Assembly: GCA_964252035.1 (NCBI GenBank)
Contig: OZ176202.1
Strand: one strand, 5' to 3'
DNA from: Podarcis erhardii
Lineage: Eukaryota
Length of the DNA: 64,000 nt
This document shows, piece after piece, positions 63,545-64,000 of the stretch; the first letter of the stretch is position 1, and every line of letters starts with the position of its first letter. Both the position numbers and the translations under genes were made by a program. Below the pieces are notes generated by a model, which searched no databases, had not been told where the DNA came from, and saw only the letters and a list, made by a program, of their open reading frames with translations.

Positions 63545-64000
63545 TAATTACAAACATAAAGACTTTATTGATGCTGCTCAATCCCTCAATCTTTCAATAC
63601 AAAACCATTTTCCGCACAATTGCAATTTAAGAGACTGGAATGGTACTCTGATAGAAAGTTCTGCAAAAAAAAAAAAGAACAACACACCACCTGATCAAGT
63701 AAAAAACAGACAAGACTTCTAGAGTCAGCTTCCCATCTTAAATAAGCACACTGTATTTTTCTTAAAGCAAAACAAGGAACTGTTTTGTCACACAGATGTT
63801 TCTATACCCGAATAGGAATTGCACCTTTAATAAGAGACTGGACCATCTTGCAGAGCCAAGCTGAAAGCAAAAACTGCTAGGCTCTCTACAAGGAGTCCTG
63901 AGCTAAGTTAGGAGCTCCATTGATTGGCTCCACCCCCAGTTACAGGACCAGACAGATAATGACTGAATTCTCACTGAAGAGAGACATGAGAGCCAAGCAC
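63545..64000 (-). other. Possible 3' UTR end of a convergent gene (PPP2R5A by synteny)
   Basis: Minus-strand AATAAA at 63564-63569 in U-rich, repeat-free sequence. In human, PPP2R5A lies tail-to-tail with PACC1. No coding sequence is visible. Confidence 0.4.

Overview
This is vertebrate genomic DNA from a squamate, most likely a lacertid lizard, judged from the Sauria/Squam1 SINEs, BovB, CR1 and lizard-type MITEs. It holds two complete host genes arranged head-to-head. NENF (neudesin) is on the minus strand with 4 exons (35605-38826, 167 aa). PACC1/TMEM206 (proton-activated chloride channel) is on the plus strand with 8 exons (41405-61363, 349 aa). All exons have GT-AG boundaries and join in frame. 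The right end may enter the 3' UTR of PPP2R5A, inferred from synteny only. Bases 1-35 kb are non-genic and repeat-rich: a near-intact CR1 ORF2, young L1 copies with target-site duplications (TSDs), a solo LTR nested in a Tigger-like MITE, SINEs and hAT MITEs. I found no evidence for a wholly new multi-gene system. The most notable observations are: (1) an isolated ezrin/moesin FERM fragment lying antisense just upstream of PACC1 exon 2; (2) PACC1 substitutions at positions implicated in gating and desensitization; (3) a NENF-PACC1 divergent promoter apparently split by recent insertions, one a candidate 5'-inverted L1; (4) an orphan triple-CCAAT/CRE promoter-like segment; (5) MITEs dispersing the ACTACAnnnCCC (THAP11/ZNF143) motif. 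Comparisons to human proteins and repeat family names are from memory, not database searches.
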